DNA of 64,000 nucleotides from Giardia intestinalis (Eukaryota): NCBI GenBank assembly GCA_000002435.2, contig CM018793.1; one strand, 5' to 3'. Shown piece by piece: positions 20,106 to 30,429 of this stretch (position 1 is its first letter; each line of letters starts with the position of its first letter). The notes under the pieces were generated by a model. It saw only the letters and a program-made list of their open reading frames with translations, ran no database searches and was not told where the DNA came from. The position numbers and the translations under genes were made by a program.

Positions 20106-21538
20106 TGTCGGGGCTGTGCACTGAGAGCAGCCATCTACTCCCACGTATGCCTTAGCGGTACCTTGAGGATCTACTAGTGTGCCTAGGGGGTTACTACATG
20201 CCAACACGGACTGCTGAGCATTGGATGCCCCTGGTACCAGGAAGTACTTATTATTCTCATTAACAGCGGTACAGACACCGTTGGCTGCTGTCTTGCACAT
20301 ATGTTGTCCAGGTACTGTATCAACCTTGTAACAACCTCCCATATACAAGAAGTAGTTGTTAGTGCATTGTGTACATACACCTTGATCACATTGATTATTT
20401 GCTTTAGCACTATTACACTTCCCATCTATAGGATACGTATTAGCTTCTCCACAGTATGAGCAATAATGATGCTCTACACCCTTATCATCAATCACTATTG
20501 CATCGCAGGCACCAGAAGTTCCTCCACAGGCAGTATCATCTTCACAGATCTTGGTGCATGTGACAGAGCCAGTACTGCCCTCCTTGCGATAGTTAGGCTT
20601 ACAGTCAGTGCACTTGAAAGCACCGTTGTTAGAGCAGACACTGCAGCCTTCGCGACCCTTATCGTCTACGCTATCGCATGGGACGCACTTCTTCCCCTGT
20701 TGATCTGTAGTAGTTACTAAGAAGTATCCAGTCTTGCAGGTTTCACACTTATTTGGATCACCAGCAACAGAGCATGTGGCACAGTTATCACCACACTTGT
20801 CTGTACATGTACTAGTACCACTATCAAAGAAGTATCCATCGAGACAGGCTGAGCAGGTTGGATTGTCACTTCCTGTTTTCGTACATGTCTTGCAGTTGGC
20901 CTTTCCTTCGTTACCAAGAGTTGAATCTGTCACATCACTACAAAGAGCACACGTTTTGTCCTCCTTCATAAATAAGGCCTCGTCAGCGCCCTCGCATCCT
21001 TCAAGCGTCTTCGCCACGCAGGTCGATGTCCCGTCGAGGGCCGTCCTGGGGGTCTTATTGGTCCCGCAGTTAGTGCACTTTGGCTTCCCCGTGGCCTTGT
21101 CGAAGGAGCATGCCGTGCACTCTGCGTGTATCGTACTACATGCCATGCACGTTCCAGACTCTGGGTCAGCATACTTATCATTACCACAGCTATCAGTACA
21201 TTGATTCCCATTGAGGTACTTCCCCTCTGGACACGATGTGCACTGGGTCGCCGATGTCTCACAGGTGGCACAGTTCCCTCGCATGGCTTACAAAGCTTGT
21301 TGTTTAGGAAGTACCCCTCTTGACAGGTATTACACGTGGCAGGTCCTGCATTCCCTGGTGCCGTACACTTGAGACAGTTGGCCACTCCCGTATATCCATT
21401 CGCTCCCTTGATATCAGAGCACAGGATGCACTCATTACCAGGGGTCACTGTCGTAGCCTTGTTCTGGAATATGTACTGGTTATCTACCTTACAAGCAGTG
21501 CACACTCCATCACTGGCTGCTGTGCATATCACACTCCA
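18487..21538 (-). pseudogene. VSP-family unit U8, long class. Reading frame broken by two 1-bp deletions, so either a pseudogene or a sequence error.
   Basis: Three tracker pieces: 18487..19152 (CRGKA frame), 19089..21284, 20966..21532. C3 run at 19098..19100 where U0, U3 and U5 have C4 (7438..7441 in U3). C3 run at 21276..21278 where U6 has C4 (~16357). Restoring both gives 3054 bp, the length of U3. 5' end W codon 21538..21536, TAG 21541..21539. Mosaic of U6-like 5' end, U1-like middle and the constant 3' block. Confidence 0.75.
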
Positions 21539-21599
21539 CTATCACACATTATCACACTATCACCCTCTATCACACATTGTACAGCATTCACTACCCAAG
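21539..21599 (-). repeat. inter-unit spacer U8/U9 (61 bp)
   Basis: Plus ctatcacacattatcacactatcaccctctatcacacattgtacagcattcactacccaag. Confidence 0.85.
21586..21592 (-). terminator. polyadenylation signal AGTGAAT of U9
   Basis: Plus attcact 21586..21592. Stop 21602..21600. Confidence 0.75.
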
Positions 21600-23450
21600 T
21601 CACGCCTTCCCTCTACATATGAACCACCAGCAGAGGAAGCCCACGAGGCCCCCCACGACAACCACCACAGCGACGGAGATACCTGCTATGGCGCCTGTGC
21701 TGAGGCCGCTTCTGTTGCCCCCGCTGGGCTTGGTGGACACGCACGCCTCACCCTCCAGCCTGTAGTCGTCCCCACACTGGCCGCACTTGTTCTCCTCGCT
21801 GCACCTGACGCACCCGTCGATATTGCAGGCGATGCACTTCGTTCCGTCTGTGTTCGGCCTCTGGTCTTTACTGGTACAGGCCTCGCACTTACCGCCTGCT
21901 CCACAGTGCGAGCATCCGTCAACGGTACATGCGAAGCACCCGCTCCCAGCCAGGTTGGGCTTGTTGTTGTTGGTACACGCTGTACACACAGCAGCAGTCA
22001 TACCAGTCTCAGACAGAGCTGTTGGGGCCGTGCATGCCGAACAGCCATCTACCCCCACGTATGCCTTAGCAGTATCACCAGTGCCTACTAGTGTGCCTAG
22101 GGGGTTCTCGCAGGCCAGGACAGACTGATCAGTATTGGATGCCCCCGGGACCAGGAAGTACCGGCCGTTCTCGCTGGGGGCGGTGCACCTCCCTCCCTCG
22201 GCAGTCTTGCACATATAGCTACCAGGAGCCTTCGACACATCATAGCAGCCGCCCATGTACAGGAAGAACCCGGCAGCACACCGGGTGCAGACGCCATTGG
22301 CACAGGTGTTGTCACCCTTAGTTCCTGTGCAGATCCCATCGATGGGGAACGTGGCGGGGTCTCCGCACAGCGAGCAGTACTGGGAGAACGCCCCGGCGCT
22401 GTCAACGACGACCGCCCCGCAGGCCCCAGACGTCCCCCCGCAGGCCGTGGGGTCCTCGCAGGCCTTTGTGCACTTCACCGGATTGGTTCCCTCCTTGCGA
22501 TAGTTGAGCTTACAGGAGTTGCAGGTCAACGAGCCAGCGAAGGTGCACGTTGCACACCCATCGACTCCATCTGTCGGGTTATCACAGGGGACGCATGTGC
22601 CGGGGGAAGTGCCCCCTCTCAAGAAGAACCCGGTCTTGCAGGTTTGGCATTTGGTCTTGTCAGCTTTCTCAGAGCAGGTTGCGCAGTTCTCGCCACAGGC
22701 GTCACATGTGAAGCCGCTGTTGGTGTTCTTGATGTACCCCTCCAGGCACTCTGTGCAGGTCGGCGGTGTGGCGCCAGTCCTCGAGCACTTCTTACAGCCG
22801 ACGATGCCCTGGTTCTTCTTCTCTTGCTCTGTCACTGCGTCGCTGCATAGAATACACGCTGTTGCGTCGTCTTTCATGAATAGCCCACTATCGGTGGCTT
22901 TGCAGCCGTCGTCTGTCTTTTCCACGCACGTCGTCGTCCCGTCGGCAGCAGTTCTTACCAGCTTCCCGTTACAATCGGTGCACCTCGGCTTTCCCGTGGC
23001 ATCATTATATTCACATGCGGTGCACCCAGCTATGTCGGGATCACATGCCTTGCAGGTCCAGGTCTTCTTGTCTGCGTACTGGGTTGCCTCGCATCCACTA
23101 GCATCTACACATTGATTATTCTTCAGGTACTTCCCCTCAACGCAGGCGGTACACTGAGTCGGAGTATCAGCTGAGCAAGCAGAGCAGCCGTCTCCGCACT
23201 TCACACATGCACTGTCCTTCGTAACGAACCCTGCTTGACACTCTGTACACGTGGCCGGTCCGCTAGTGCCCGTGTGGGAGCATTCTGAGCATCCAGCGAC
23301 TCCCATGACCCCGTTTCTATCTGTCGTATCAGAGCACAGTATGCACTCACTACCCTTCTCTGATGGTGCAGCCGGGTTCTTGAACAGGCCGTTAGCTGTC
23401 TTACAAGCAGTGCACAGTCCTCCCTCAGCCTTTGTGCATATCTCACTCCA
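21600..23450 (-). CDS. VSP-family cysteine-rich surface protein, short class (616 codons), unit U9. Contains GC-rich module 22091..22503. Tail ...WWFICRGKA. Headless.
   Basis: Tracker ORF 21600..23306 (568 aa, genuine internal ATG). I translated 23450..23307 by hand: WSEICTKAEGGLCTACKTANGLFKNPAAPSEKGSECILCSDTTDRNGV-MGVAGCSEC, no stop, preceded by TAG 23453..23451. No signal peptide. Confidence 0.85.
   Translation of the reverse strand, partial: WSEICTKAEGGLCTACKTANGLFKNPAAPSEKGSECILCSDTTDRNGVMGVAGCSECSHTGTSGPATCTECQAGFVTKDSACVKCGDGCSACSADTPTQCTACVEGKYLKNNQCVDASGCEATQYADKKTWTCKACDPDIAGCTACEYNDATGKPRCTDCNGKLVRTAADGTTTCVEKTDDGCKATDSGLFMKDDATACILCSDAVTEQEKKNQGIVGCKKCSRTGATPPTCTECLEGYIKNTNSGFTCDACGENCATCSEKADKTKCQTCKTGFFLRGGTSPGTCVPCDNPTDGVDGCATCTFAGSLTCNSCKLNYRKEGTNPVKCTKACEDPTACGGTSGACGAVVVDSAGAFSQYCSLCGDPATFPIDGICTGTKGDNTCANGVCTRCAAGFFLYMGGCYDVSKAPGSYMCKTAEGGRCTAPSENGRYFLVPGASNTDQSVLACENPLGTLVGTGDTAKAYVGVDGCSACTAPTALSETGMTAAVCTACTNNNKPNLAGSGCFACTVDGCSHCGAGGKCEACTSKDQRPNTDGTKCIACNIDGCVRCSEENKCGQCGDDYRLEGEACVSTKPSGGNRSGLSTGAIAGISVAVVVVVGGLVGFLCWWFICRGKA
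22091..22503 (-). repeat. GC-rich module, copy in U9
   Basis: Noticeably higher GC than its flanks (e.g. gcccccgggaccaggaagtaccggccgttctcgctgggggcggtgcacctccctccctcg). Secondary ORFs 22091..22321, 22097..22405, 22255..22503 are identical to those at 29043..29455. Confidence 0.8.
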
Positions 23451-23501
23451 CTATCATACTATCACCTTCTATCACACATTGTACAGCATTCACTACCTAA
23501 G
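23451..23501 (-). repeat. inter-unit spacer U9/U10 (51 bp)
   Basis: Plus ctatcatactatcaccttctatcacacattgtacagcattcactacctaag. Confidence 0.85.
23488..23494 (-). terminator. polyadenylation signal AGTGAAT of U10
   Basis: Plus attcact 23488..23494 (cattcactacctaagtca). Stop 23504..23502. Confidence 0.8.
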
Positions 23502-25075
23502 TCACGCCTTCCCTCTACACACGAACCACCAGCAGAGGAAGCCCACGAGGCCCCCCACGACAACGACCACAGCCACGGAGATGCCCGCGATGGCCCCCGT
23601 GGAGAGCCCGCTCTTGTTGACGCTTCCGCCGGTGTTGTCGCCAGTGCCGTCGCCCATCACGAAGCACATGAACGCACCGGTGGATGACACCGTGCACTGC
23701 CTGCACCCAGCGAGCCCCTCAGAGCACGGATTACACTTTGTCCCAGCACTCTGCGGTTTGTAATATCCAGTGCTGCATGTAGCACAGGCGTTAGCGTCGT
23801 TAGCAGCCGTGCATGTCTCGCAGCTAAGATGGCACCTTTTATTGGAACAATCGCCATTATCAGCCGTTAGACCACTGGCACATTTTGTACATTTTCCTCC
23901 CTGCACTGTAGTACACACTTGCTTGCCAGGCTGTCTATCTGTCTGATAGCAACCGCCATCTTTGAGGAAGTAGTTATTTTCACATTGAGTGCATGCTCCA
24001 TTACTCACCGTAGTGCAAAATCGTGTTCGCGTATTGGCCGCACAGTTGCCATCCAGTGGTGCCTGTTGAGTGTTCTTGCACTTTGAGCAGTATGCAGTTC
24101 CTCCTATCTGAGCCCCACACTCTGCGCATCCATCGTTTGTAGAACTCACGCTGCACTGGTTCATGCACGTGCCCCCATTGGCAGGAGTATCAGCATCTGT
24201 ATACTGAAGCATCCTCCCAGCAGGACAAGCCGTACACTTATCAGCGCCCTCACCCTTGCACTCTACGCACGCATCGTTGCACTTCTTGCACTTTCTGTCA
24301 GTGTCATTTCCGTAGTAGCCCTTGAGGGTCGTGCAGTCAGATACGCATTGACTGGTTGGGGTGAGGTAGTACTCAGACAGACACTTTGTACAGACCTCCT
24401 TATCGGCACCTTCACTGGTGCACTCCAAACAGTGCTCTGTGTTACAGTTACTGATTGGTTGGCATTCAGTCGATTCAGTATTAGGTTGGAGTCCTTCGTT
24501 GCACTCGCACACTTGGCTATCCTGTCCGGTGGCCTTGGGGGTAGAGTTAGCAGGGCAACTAGCAACGCACGACTTTCTGTTGAGACCAAAGATGGTCTTC
24601 GTATCAGTCGTACACGTCTTACAAACCACTCCGTTGGCGCCTTTCTCACAAGTGGTGCAGTCAGTTGTTCCAGCCGACACACATGTATTGCACTCCTTTG
24701 CTTCTTCATCAACGTAGTGGGTTGCCGGACAACCAGCTGTGTCAACGCACGTGCCGGTTGTGGACTCGCCATCCTTCTTCAGGTACTTCTTGGTCCCAGA
24801 CGTTTTACACAGGCTGCACTTCTGTTGCTCCTTGGCCACGCACACAGCGCAATTATCATCTGCACACGCGGTGCACTTCTTCTCGGTAGCGTCGATGAAG
24901 AAGCCCTCCTCATTAGTACACGCCTCTGCGCTAACACAGCTGGGTGCATCGCCAGCTTTAAAGTAGAATCCATCAACACACTCCCCACATATATTGTCCA
25001 CCACACAGCTCTTGCAATCACCCACAGAGCATGTCACACACCCACTACCACCCTTGTTGGGCTTCTTATCACTGT
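23502..25075 (-). repeat. constant 3' block, copy in U10 (offset +23634; diverges slightly earlier at its 5' edge)
   Basis: ORFs 23657..23857, 24263..24772 are identical. 24348..25181 diverges from the others only near its end. Confidence 0.85.
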
Positions 25076-26573
25076 CACAGGAGGTGCATGTAGCGGCAGC
25101 CATACCAGCCTCAGTCAGAGCTACTGGGGCTGTACACTGGGAGCAGCCCTCGACCCCCACGTATGCCTTAGTATCTACTAGTGTGCCTAGGGGGTTACCA
25201 CATGCTAGTACAGACTGATTCTGATTGGATGCCCCTGGGACTATGAAGTACTTATTGTTGGCCGCCTCTGTGCATATCCCATTATTATCTGCTTTCTTGC
25301 ACATGTAGTTGCCAGGTTGAGCTGATACACTATAACAGCCGTTCATATAGAGGAAGTAGTTAGCAGCACAAGAGGGACAGGTATGACTAGTGCAAGCAGT
25401 ATTGCCTTTCTTATCAGTAGCACAGAGACCATCGATAGGAGCTTGTGAGCTATCTCCACAGTATGAACAGTAGTGCTTTGTGTTGCCATCAGTATCAATT
25501 ACTATGGCATTGCAAGCTCCAGAGGTACCACCACACGCAGTCTCATCCTCGCAGGTCTTCTCTGTGCATGTATAGTTGTCTGAGGTTCCAACGGGCTTCC
25601 TGTTAGGCTTGCACTTTGTACACTTGAGGGATCCTGCAGGACCAGTGCACTCAGCACATCCATCGATGCCCTCCTGTGCATTATCACAAGGAAGGCACTC
25701 ACCAGTAGGACCACTGCCTTTCATGAAGAATCCAGGCTTGCATTTAGTACACTGATTATTGCCAGCTTGAGTGCAGGTGGCGCAATTCTCGCCACAGACT
25801 GTGCATGTAGCGGTACCACTACCACTATTTGCGCTATTGTAGTATCCGTCGAGGCATGTCTTGCACTGAGGATTTGTACCAGAATTAGCTTTAGAGCATG
25901 TGCTACAACCAAGAACACCTGTATTGCCAGGGGTTGAATCTACATTATTACTGCAGAGAATGCACTTTTTGTTCGGTTCAGTTAGAAAGTTCGGACCATC
26001 GTTCCCGTTTTGGGTACAAGCCCCCTCAGCAATGCAGGTGGTCGTCCCGTCGGCCTCTTCTTTGACTATCTTACCAGTACATGTCAGGCACTTCGGCTTC
26101 TGCAGCGTCGTATCATACTCACATGTGTCGCATCCATCTATCCCCACTTCTTGAGCGTTACAAGCTGTGCACTTGCCGGTGCTTGGGTCGGGGTACTTAT
26201 TTCCAGTGCATTGACCAGCCTCTACGCAAGTGTTAGTATCAGTCTTCAGGAACGTATTTCCCTTACAAGAGGTACACTGGGTCTCTGTAGTCTCACAGGT
26301 CAGACAGGACTGATCACACTTCTCACATGTCTGAGCGTTCTTATAGTATCCATCTCTGCAGGTATCACACGTGGCCGCTCCTGGACTACCACTTGGTGCC
26401 GTACATGTGGCGCAGTTAGCCACCCCTGTATATCCATCTGCCCCATTGACATCATGACAGAGGATGCACTCACTACCAGGCTTCTGAGGTGTAACTGGGT
26501 TCTTGAACAGGCCGTTAGCTGTCTTACAAGCAGTGCACAGTCCTCCCTCAGCCTTTGTGCATATCTCACTCCA
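23502..26573 (-). CDS. VSP-family cysteine-rich surface protein, long class (1023 codons), unit U10. Headless.
   Basis: Tracker ORF 23502..26423 (973 aa, M from the GTG of GV-ANCATC). Same frame as W codon 26573..26571 and TAG 26576..26574. The 5' extension is inferred from homology with U1 and U3, where the equivalent stretch has no start-type codon. Constant 3' block 23634..25075. Confidence 0.8.
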   Translation of the reverse strand, partial: WSEICTKAEGGLCTACKTANGLFKNPVTPQKPGSECILCHDVNGADGYTGVANCATCTAPSGSPGAATCDTCRDGYYKNAQTCEKCDQSCLTCETTETQCTSCKGNTFLKTDTNTCVEAGQCTGNKYPDPSTGKCTACNAQEVGIDGCDTCEYDTTLQKPKCLTCTGKIVKEEADGTTTCIAEGACTQNGNDGPNFLTEPNKKCILCSNNVDSTPGNTGVLGCSTCSKANSGTNPQCKTCLDGYYNSANSGSGTATCTVCGENCATCTQAGNNQCTKCKPGFFMKGSGPTGECLPCDNAQEGIDGCAECTGPAGSLKCTKCKPNRKPVGTSDNYTCTEKTCEDETACGGTSGACNAIVIDTDGNTKHYCSYCGDSSQAPIDGLCATDKKGNTACTSHTCPSCAANYFLYMNGCYSVSAQPGNYMCKKADNNGICTEAANNKYFIVPGASNQNQSVLACGNPLGTLVDTKAYVGVEGCSQCTAPVALTEAGMAAATCTSCDSDKKPNKGGSGCVTCSVGDCKSCVVDNICGECVDGFYFKAGDAPSCVSAEACTNEEGFFIDATEKKCTACADDNCAVCVAKEQQKCSLCKTSGTKKYLKKDGESTTGTCVDTAGCPATHYVDEEAKECNTCVSAGTTDCTTCEKGANGVVCKTCTTDTKTIFGLNRKSCVASCPANSTPKATGQDSQVCECNEGLQPNTESTECQPISNCNTEHCLECTSEGADKEVCTKCLSEYYLTPTSQCVSDCTTLKGYYGNDTDRKCKKCNDACVECKGEGADKCTACPAGRMLQYTDADTPANGGTCMNQCSVSSTNDGCAECGAQIGGTAYCSKCKNTQQAPLDGNCAANTRTRFCTTVSNGACTQCENNYFLKDGGCYQTDRQPGKQVCTTVQGGKCTKCASGLTADNGDCSNKRCHLSCETCTAANDANACATCSTGYYKPQSAGTKCNPCSEGLAGCRQCTVSSTGAFMCFVMGDGTGDNTGGSVNKSGLSTGAIAGISVAVVVVVGGLVGFLCWWFVCRGKA

Positions 26574-26624
26574 CTATCATACTATCACCCTCTATCACAC
26601 ATTGTACAGCATTCACTACCCAAG
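26574..26624 (-). repeat. inter-unit spacer U10/U11 (51 bp)
   Basis: Plus ctatcatactatcaccctctatcacacattgtacagcattcactacccaag. Confidence 0.85.
26611..26617 (-). terminator. polyadenylation signal AGTGAAT of U11
   Basis: Plus attcact 26611..26617. Stop 26627..26625. Confidence 0.75.
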
Positions 26625-28486
26625 TCACGCCTTCCCCCTGCACACGAACCACCAGCAGAGGAAGCCCACGAGGCCCCCCACGACAGCGATGACAGCCACG
26701 GAGATCCCTGCTATGGCACCAGTACTGAGGCCGCTTCTGTTGCCCCCGCTGGGCTTGGTGGACACGCACGCCTCACCCTCCAGCCTGTAGTCGTCCCCGC
26801 ACTGGCCGCACTTGTTCTCCTCGCTGCACCTGACGCACCCGTCGATATTGCAGGCGATGCACTTCGTTCCGTCTGTGTTCGGCCTCTGGTCTTTACTGGT
26901 ACAGGCCTCGCACTTATCGCCTGCTCCACAGTGCGAGCATCCGTCAACGGTACATGCGAAGCACCCGCTCCCAGCCAGGTTGGGCTTGTTGTTGTTGGTA
27001 CACGCTGTACACACAGCAGCAGTCATACCAGTCTCAGATGGAGCTGCTGGGGCCGTACATGCCGAACAGCCATCTACCCCCACATATGCCTTAGAGGTAT
27101 CACCAGTGCCTACTAGTGTGCCAAGGGAGTTGCTACATGCCAATACAGACTGATTCTGATTGGTTGCCCCAGGGACTATGAAGTACCTATTGTTGGCATT
27201 AACAGCAGTACAGACACCGTTGGCTGCTGTCTTGCACATATGTTGTCCAGGTACTGTATCAACCTTGTAACAACCTCCCATATACAAGAAGTAGTTGTTA
27301 GTGCATTGTGTACATACACCTTGATCACATTGATTATTTGCTTTAGCACTATTACACTTCCCATCTATAGGATACGTATTAGCTTCTCCACAGTATGAGC
27401 AATAATGATGCTCTACACCCTTATCATCAATCACTATTGCATCGCAGGCACCAGAAGTTCCTCCACAGGCAGTATCATCTTCACAGATCTTGGTGCATGT
27501 GACAGAGCCAGTACTGCCCTCCTTGCGATAGTTAGGCTTACAGTCAGTGCACTTGAAAGCACCGTTGTTAGAGCAGACACTGCAGCCTTCGCGACCCTTA
27601 TCGTCTACGCTATCGCATGGGACGCACTTCTTCCCCTGTTGATCTGTAGTAGTTACTAAGAAGTATCCAGTCTTGCAGGTTTCACACTTATTTGGATCAC
27701 CAGCAACAGAGCATGTGGCACAGTTATCACCACACTTGTCTGTACATGTACTAGTACCACTATCAAAGAAGTATCCATCGAGACAGGCTGAGCAGGTTGG
27801 ATTGTCACTTCCTGTTTTCGTACATGTCTTGCAGTTGGCCTTTCCTTCGTTACCAAGAGTTGAATCTGTCACATCACTACAAAGAGCACACGTTTTGTCC
27901 TCCTTCATAAATAAGGCCTCGTCAGCGCCCTCGCATCCTTCAAGCGTCTTCGCCACGCAGGTCGATGTCCCGTCGAGGGCCGTCCTGGGGGTCTTATTGG
28001 TCCCGCAGTTAGTGCACTTCGGCTTCCCCGTGGCCTTGTCGAAGGAGCATGCCGTGCACTCTGCGTGTATCGTACTACATGCCTTGCATGTTCCCGACTC
28101 CGGGTCAGCATAAGTGTTTCCATCGCATCCAGTATCTTGTACACATTGATTACTCTTCAGGTACTTCCCCTCTGGGCACGATGTACAATGATTCTGACCA
28201 CTTCCATCGCAGGTCAGACAAGCTTCATTACATTTGACACATGTCTGAGAGTTCTTGTAGTATCCATCTTGGCACTCTGTACACGTGGCAGTCCTGGACT
28301 ACTGTCTGACTTGGTACACTGTGCGCAGTTAGCCACCCCTGTATATCCATCTGCCCCATTGACATCATGACAGAGGATGCACTCACTACCAGGCTTCTGA
28401 GGTGTAACTGGGTTCTTGAACAGGCCGTTACTGTCTTACAAGCAGTGCACACTCCTCCTGGCCTTTGTGCATATCACACTCCACAT
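26625..28486 (-). pseudogene. VSP-family unit U11, short class. Copy of U2 broken by two or more 1-bp deletions.
   Basis: Tracker ORF 26625..27956 (443 aa) is identical to the U2 C-terminus. Sequence is identical to U2 up to 28290, where GG becomes G (28291, versus ggcaggtcctgg in U2 ~6570). A second single-base loss at ~28430 (gttactgtc versus gttagctgtc). At the 5' edge the GATAG motif is GATG, creating an in-frame ATG 28486..28484 (M-W-S-V-I-C). In-frame TGA at 28498..28496. Confidence 0.75.
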
Positions 28487-28553
28487 CACACTATCTCACA
28501 CTATCACCCTCTATCACACACTATCACCCATTGTACAGCATTCACTACCCAAG
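28487..28553 (-). repeat. inter-unit spacer U11/U12 (~67 bp). Variant heptamers (ACATCAC, CTATCTC). The 5' GATAG motif is mutated to GATG, making an in-frame ATG for U11.
   Basis: Plus cacactatctcacactatcaccctctatcacacactatcacccattgtacagcattcactacccaag. In-frame TGA at 28498..28496. Confidence 0.8.
28540..28546 (-). terminator. polyadenylation signal AGTGAAT of U12
   Basis: Plus attcact 28540..28546. Stop 28556..28554. Confidence 0.75.
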
Positions 28554-30380
28554 TCACGCCTTCCCCCTGCACACGAACCACCAGCAGAGGAAGCCCACGA
28601 GGCCCCCCACGACAGCGATGACAGCCACGGAGATCCCTGCTATGGCACCAGTACTGAGGCCGCTTCTGTTGCCCCCGCTGGGCTTGGTGGACACGCACGC
28701 CTCACCCTCCAGCCTGTAGTCGTCCCCACACTGGCCGCACTTGTTCTCCTCGCTGCACCTGACGCACCCGTCGATATTGCAGGCGATGCACTTCGTTCCG
28801 TCTGTGTTCGGCCTCTGGTCTTTACTGGTACAGGCCTCGCACTTATCGCCTGCTCCACAGTGCGAGCATCCACTAACGGTACATGGAAGCACCCGCTCCC
28901 AGCCAGGTTGGGCTTGTTGTTGTTGGTACACGCTGTGCACGTGGCGGCAGTCATGCCACCATCAGATGGAGCTGCTGGGGCTGTACACTGTGAACAGTTG
29001 AGTACCCCCACTATGCCTTAGCAGTATCACCAGTGCCTACTAGTGTGCCTAGGGGGTTCTCGCAGGCCAGGACAGACTGATCAGTATTGGATGCCCCCGG
29101 GACCAGGAAGTACCGGCCGTTCTCGCTGGGGGCGGTGCACCTCCCTCCCTCGGCAGTCTTGCACATGTGGCTGCCAGGAGCCTTCGACACATCATAGCAG
29201 CCGCCCATGTACAGGAAGAACCCGGCAGCACACCGGGTGCAGACGCCATTGGCACAGGTGTTGTCACCCTTAGTTCCTGTGCAGATCCCATCGATGGGGA
29301 ACGTGGCGGGGTCTCCGCACAGCGAGCAGTACTGGGAGAACGCCCCGGCGCTGTCAACGACGACCGCCCCGCAGGCCCCAGACGTCCCCCCGCAGGCCGT
29401 GGGGTCCTCGCAGGCCTTTGTGCACTTCACCGGATTGGTTCCCTCCTTGCGATAGTTGGACTTGCAATCGGTGCATGTAGGGGTTAGGCCGCTGTTACAT
29501 TGGGAGCACCCCTCGATGCCATTGTCGGCTTTACTGTCGCAGGCGAAGCACTTACCAGCAGAGCCGGGTTGTTTCATGAAGAATCCAGGCTTGCATTTAG
29601 TGCACTGATCATTGCCAGCAGCAGAGCATGTAGCACAGTTGGCACCGCAAGCTGTGCATGTATCAGAACCAAAGTATCCGTCGAGGCAAGCTGAGCAGGT
29701 CGGCTTGGCTCCGTTCTTCTTACACGTTTTACAATTAGCAATCCCCTTGTCGTTTGCTTCTGTTCCTGTTGTTGTATCACTGCATAATATGCACTGGTGC
29801 TATCATCACTCAGAAAGTGGGATCCGTCGACGTTATCTGTTGCGCACCCAGCATCATCGACGCAAGTGGTTGTCCCATCCAGCTCTGTCTTCACCTTCTT
29901 ATTGTTACAGGCGGTGCACTGGGGCTTGCTGACAGTCGTGTTGTACTCACACGCGGTGCAATCTGCTATACCAGACTCCTTGCATGTCATTGTCATAGGG
30001 TCAGCATAAGTGTTTCCAGTGCATCCATCACTATTCACGCATGCATTATCCTTCAGGAACGTATTTCCCTTACAAGAGGTACACTGGGTCGCCGATGTCT
30101 CACAGGTCAGACAAGTACCATCACATTTGGTACATGCCTGAGAGTCCATGTAGTACCCATCTTGACACTCGGTGCACGTGGCCGCTCCTGTATTGCCACC
30201 AGGTGCCGTGCACTTGAGACAGTTGGCCACTCCCTTGTTCTCATTCGCTCCTGTGGCATCATGACAGAGGATGCACTCCCCACCAGGGGTCACCTTGTCT
30301 GCCCCATTCTGGAATATGTACTGACTATCTGTATTACAAGCAGTGCACAGTCCTCTCAGCCTTGTGCATATCTCACTCCA
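28554..30380 (-). pseudogene. VSP-family unit U12, short class. Mosaic of U1-like 3' end, GC-rich U9-like middle and another 5' module, with three 1-bp deletions.
   Basis: Tracker pieces 28554..28940 (frame 0), 28640..29011 (frame 2), 29011..29577 (frame 1), 29574..30293 (frame 0 then garbage). Deletions: GG at 28885..28886 where U2 has GGG; ~29008 (cccccactatgcc versus cccccacatatgcc); ~29797 (HFLSDDSTSA then CILCSD out of frame). Total length 1827 is a multiple of 3, so the three losses offset each other. W codon 30380..30378, TAG 30383..30381. Confidence 0.75.
29043..29455 (-). repeat. GC-rich module, copy in U12 (offset +6952 from the U9 copy)
   Basis: ORFs 29043..29273, 29049..29357, 29207..29455 encode the same peptides as the U9 copy. 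Confidence 0.8.
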
Positions 30381-30429
30381 CTATCATACTATCACCCTAT
30401 CACACATTGTACAGCATTCACTACCTAAG
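30381..30429 (-). repeat. inter-unit spacer U12/U13 (49 bp)
   Basis: Plus ctatcatactatcaccctatcacacattgtacagcattcactacctaag. Confidence 0.85.
30416..30422 (-). terminator. polyadenylation signal AGTGAAT of U13
   Basis: Plus attcact 30416..30422 (cattcactacctaagtca). Stop 30432..30430. Confidence 0.8.
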
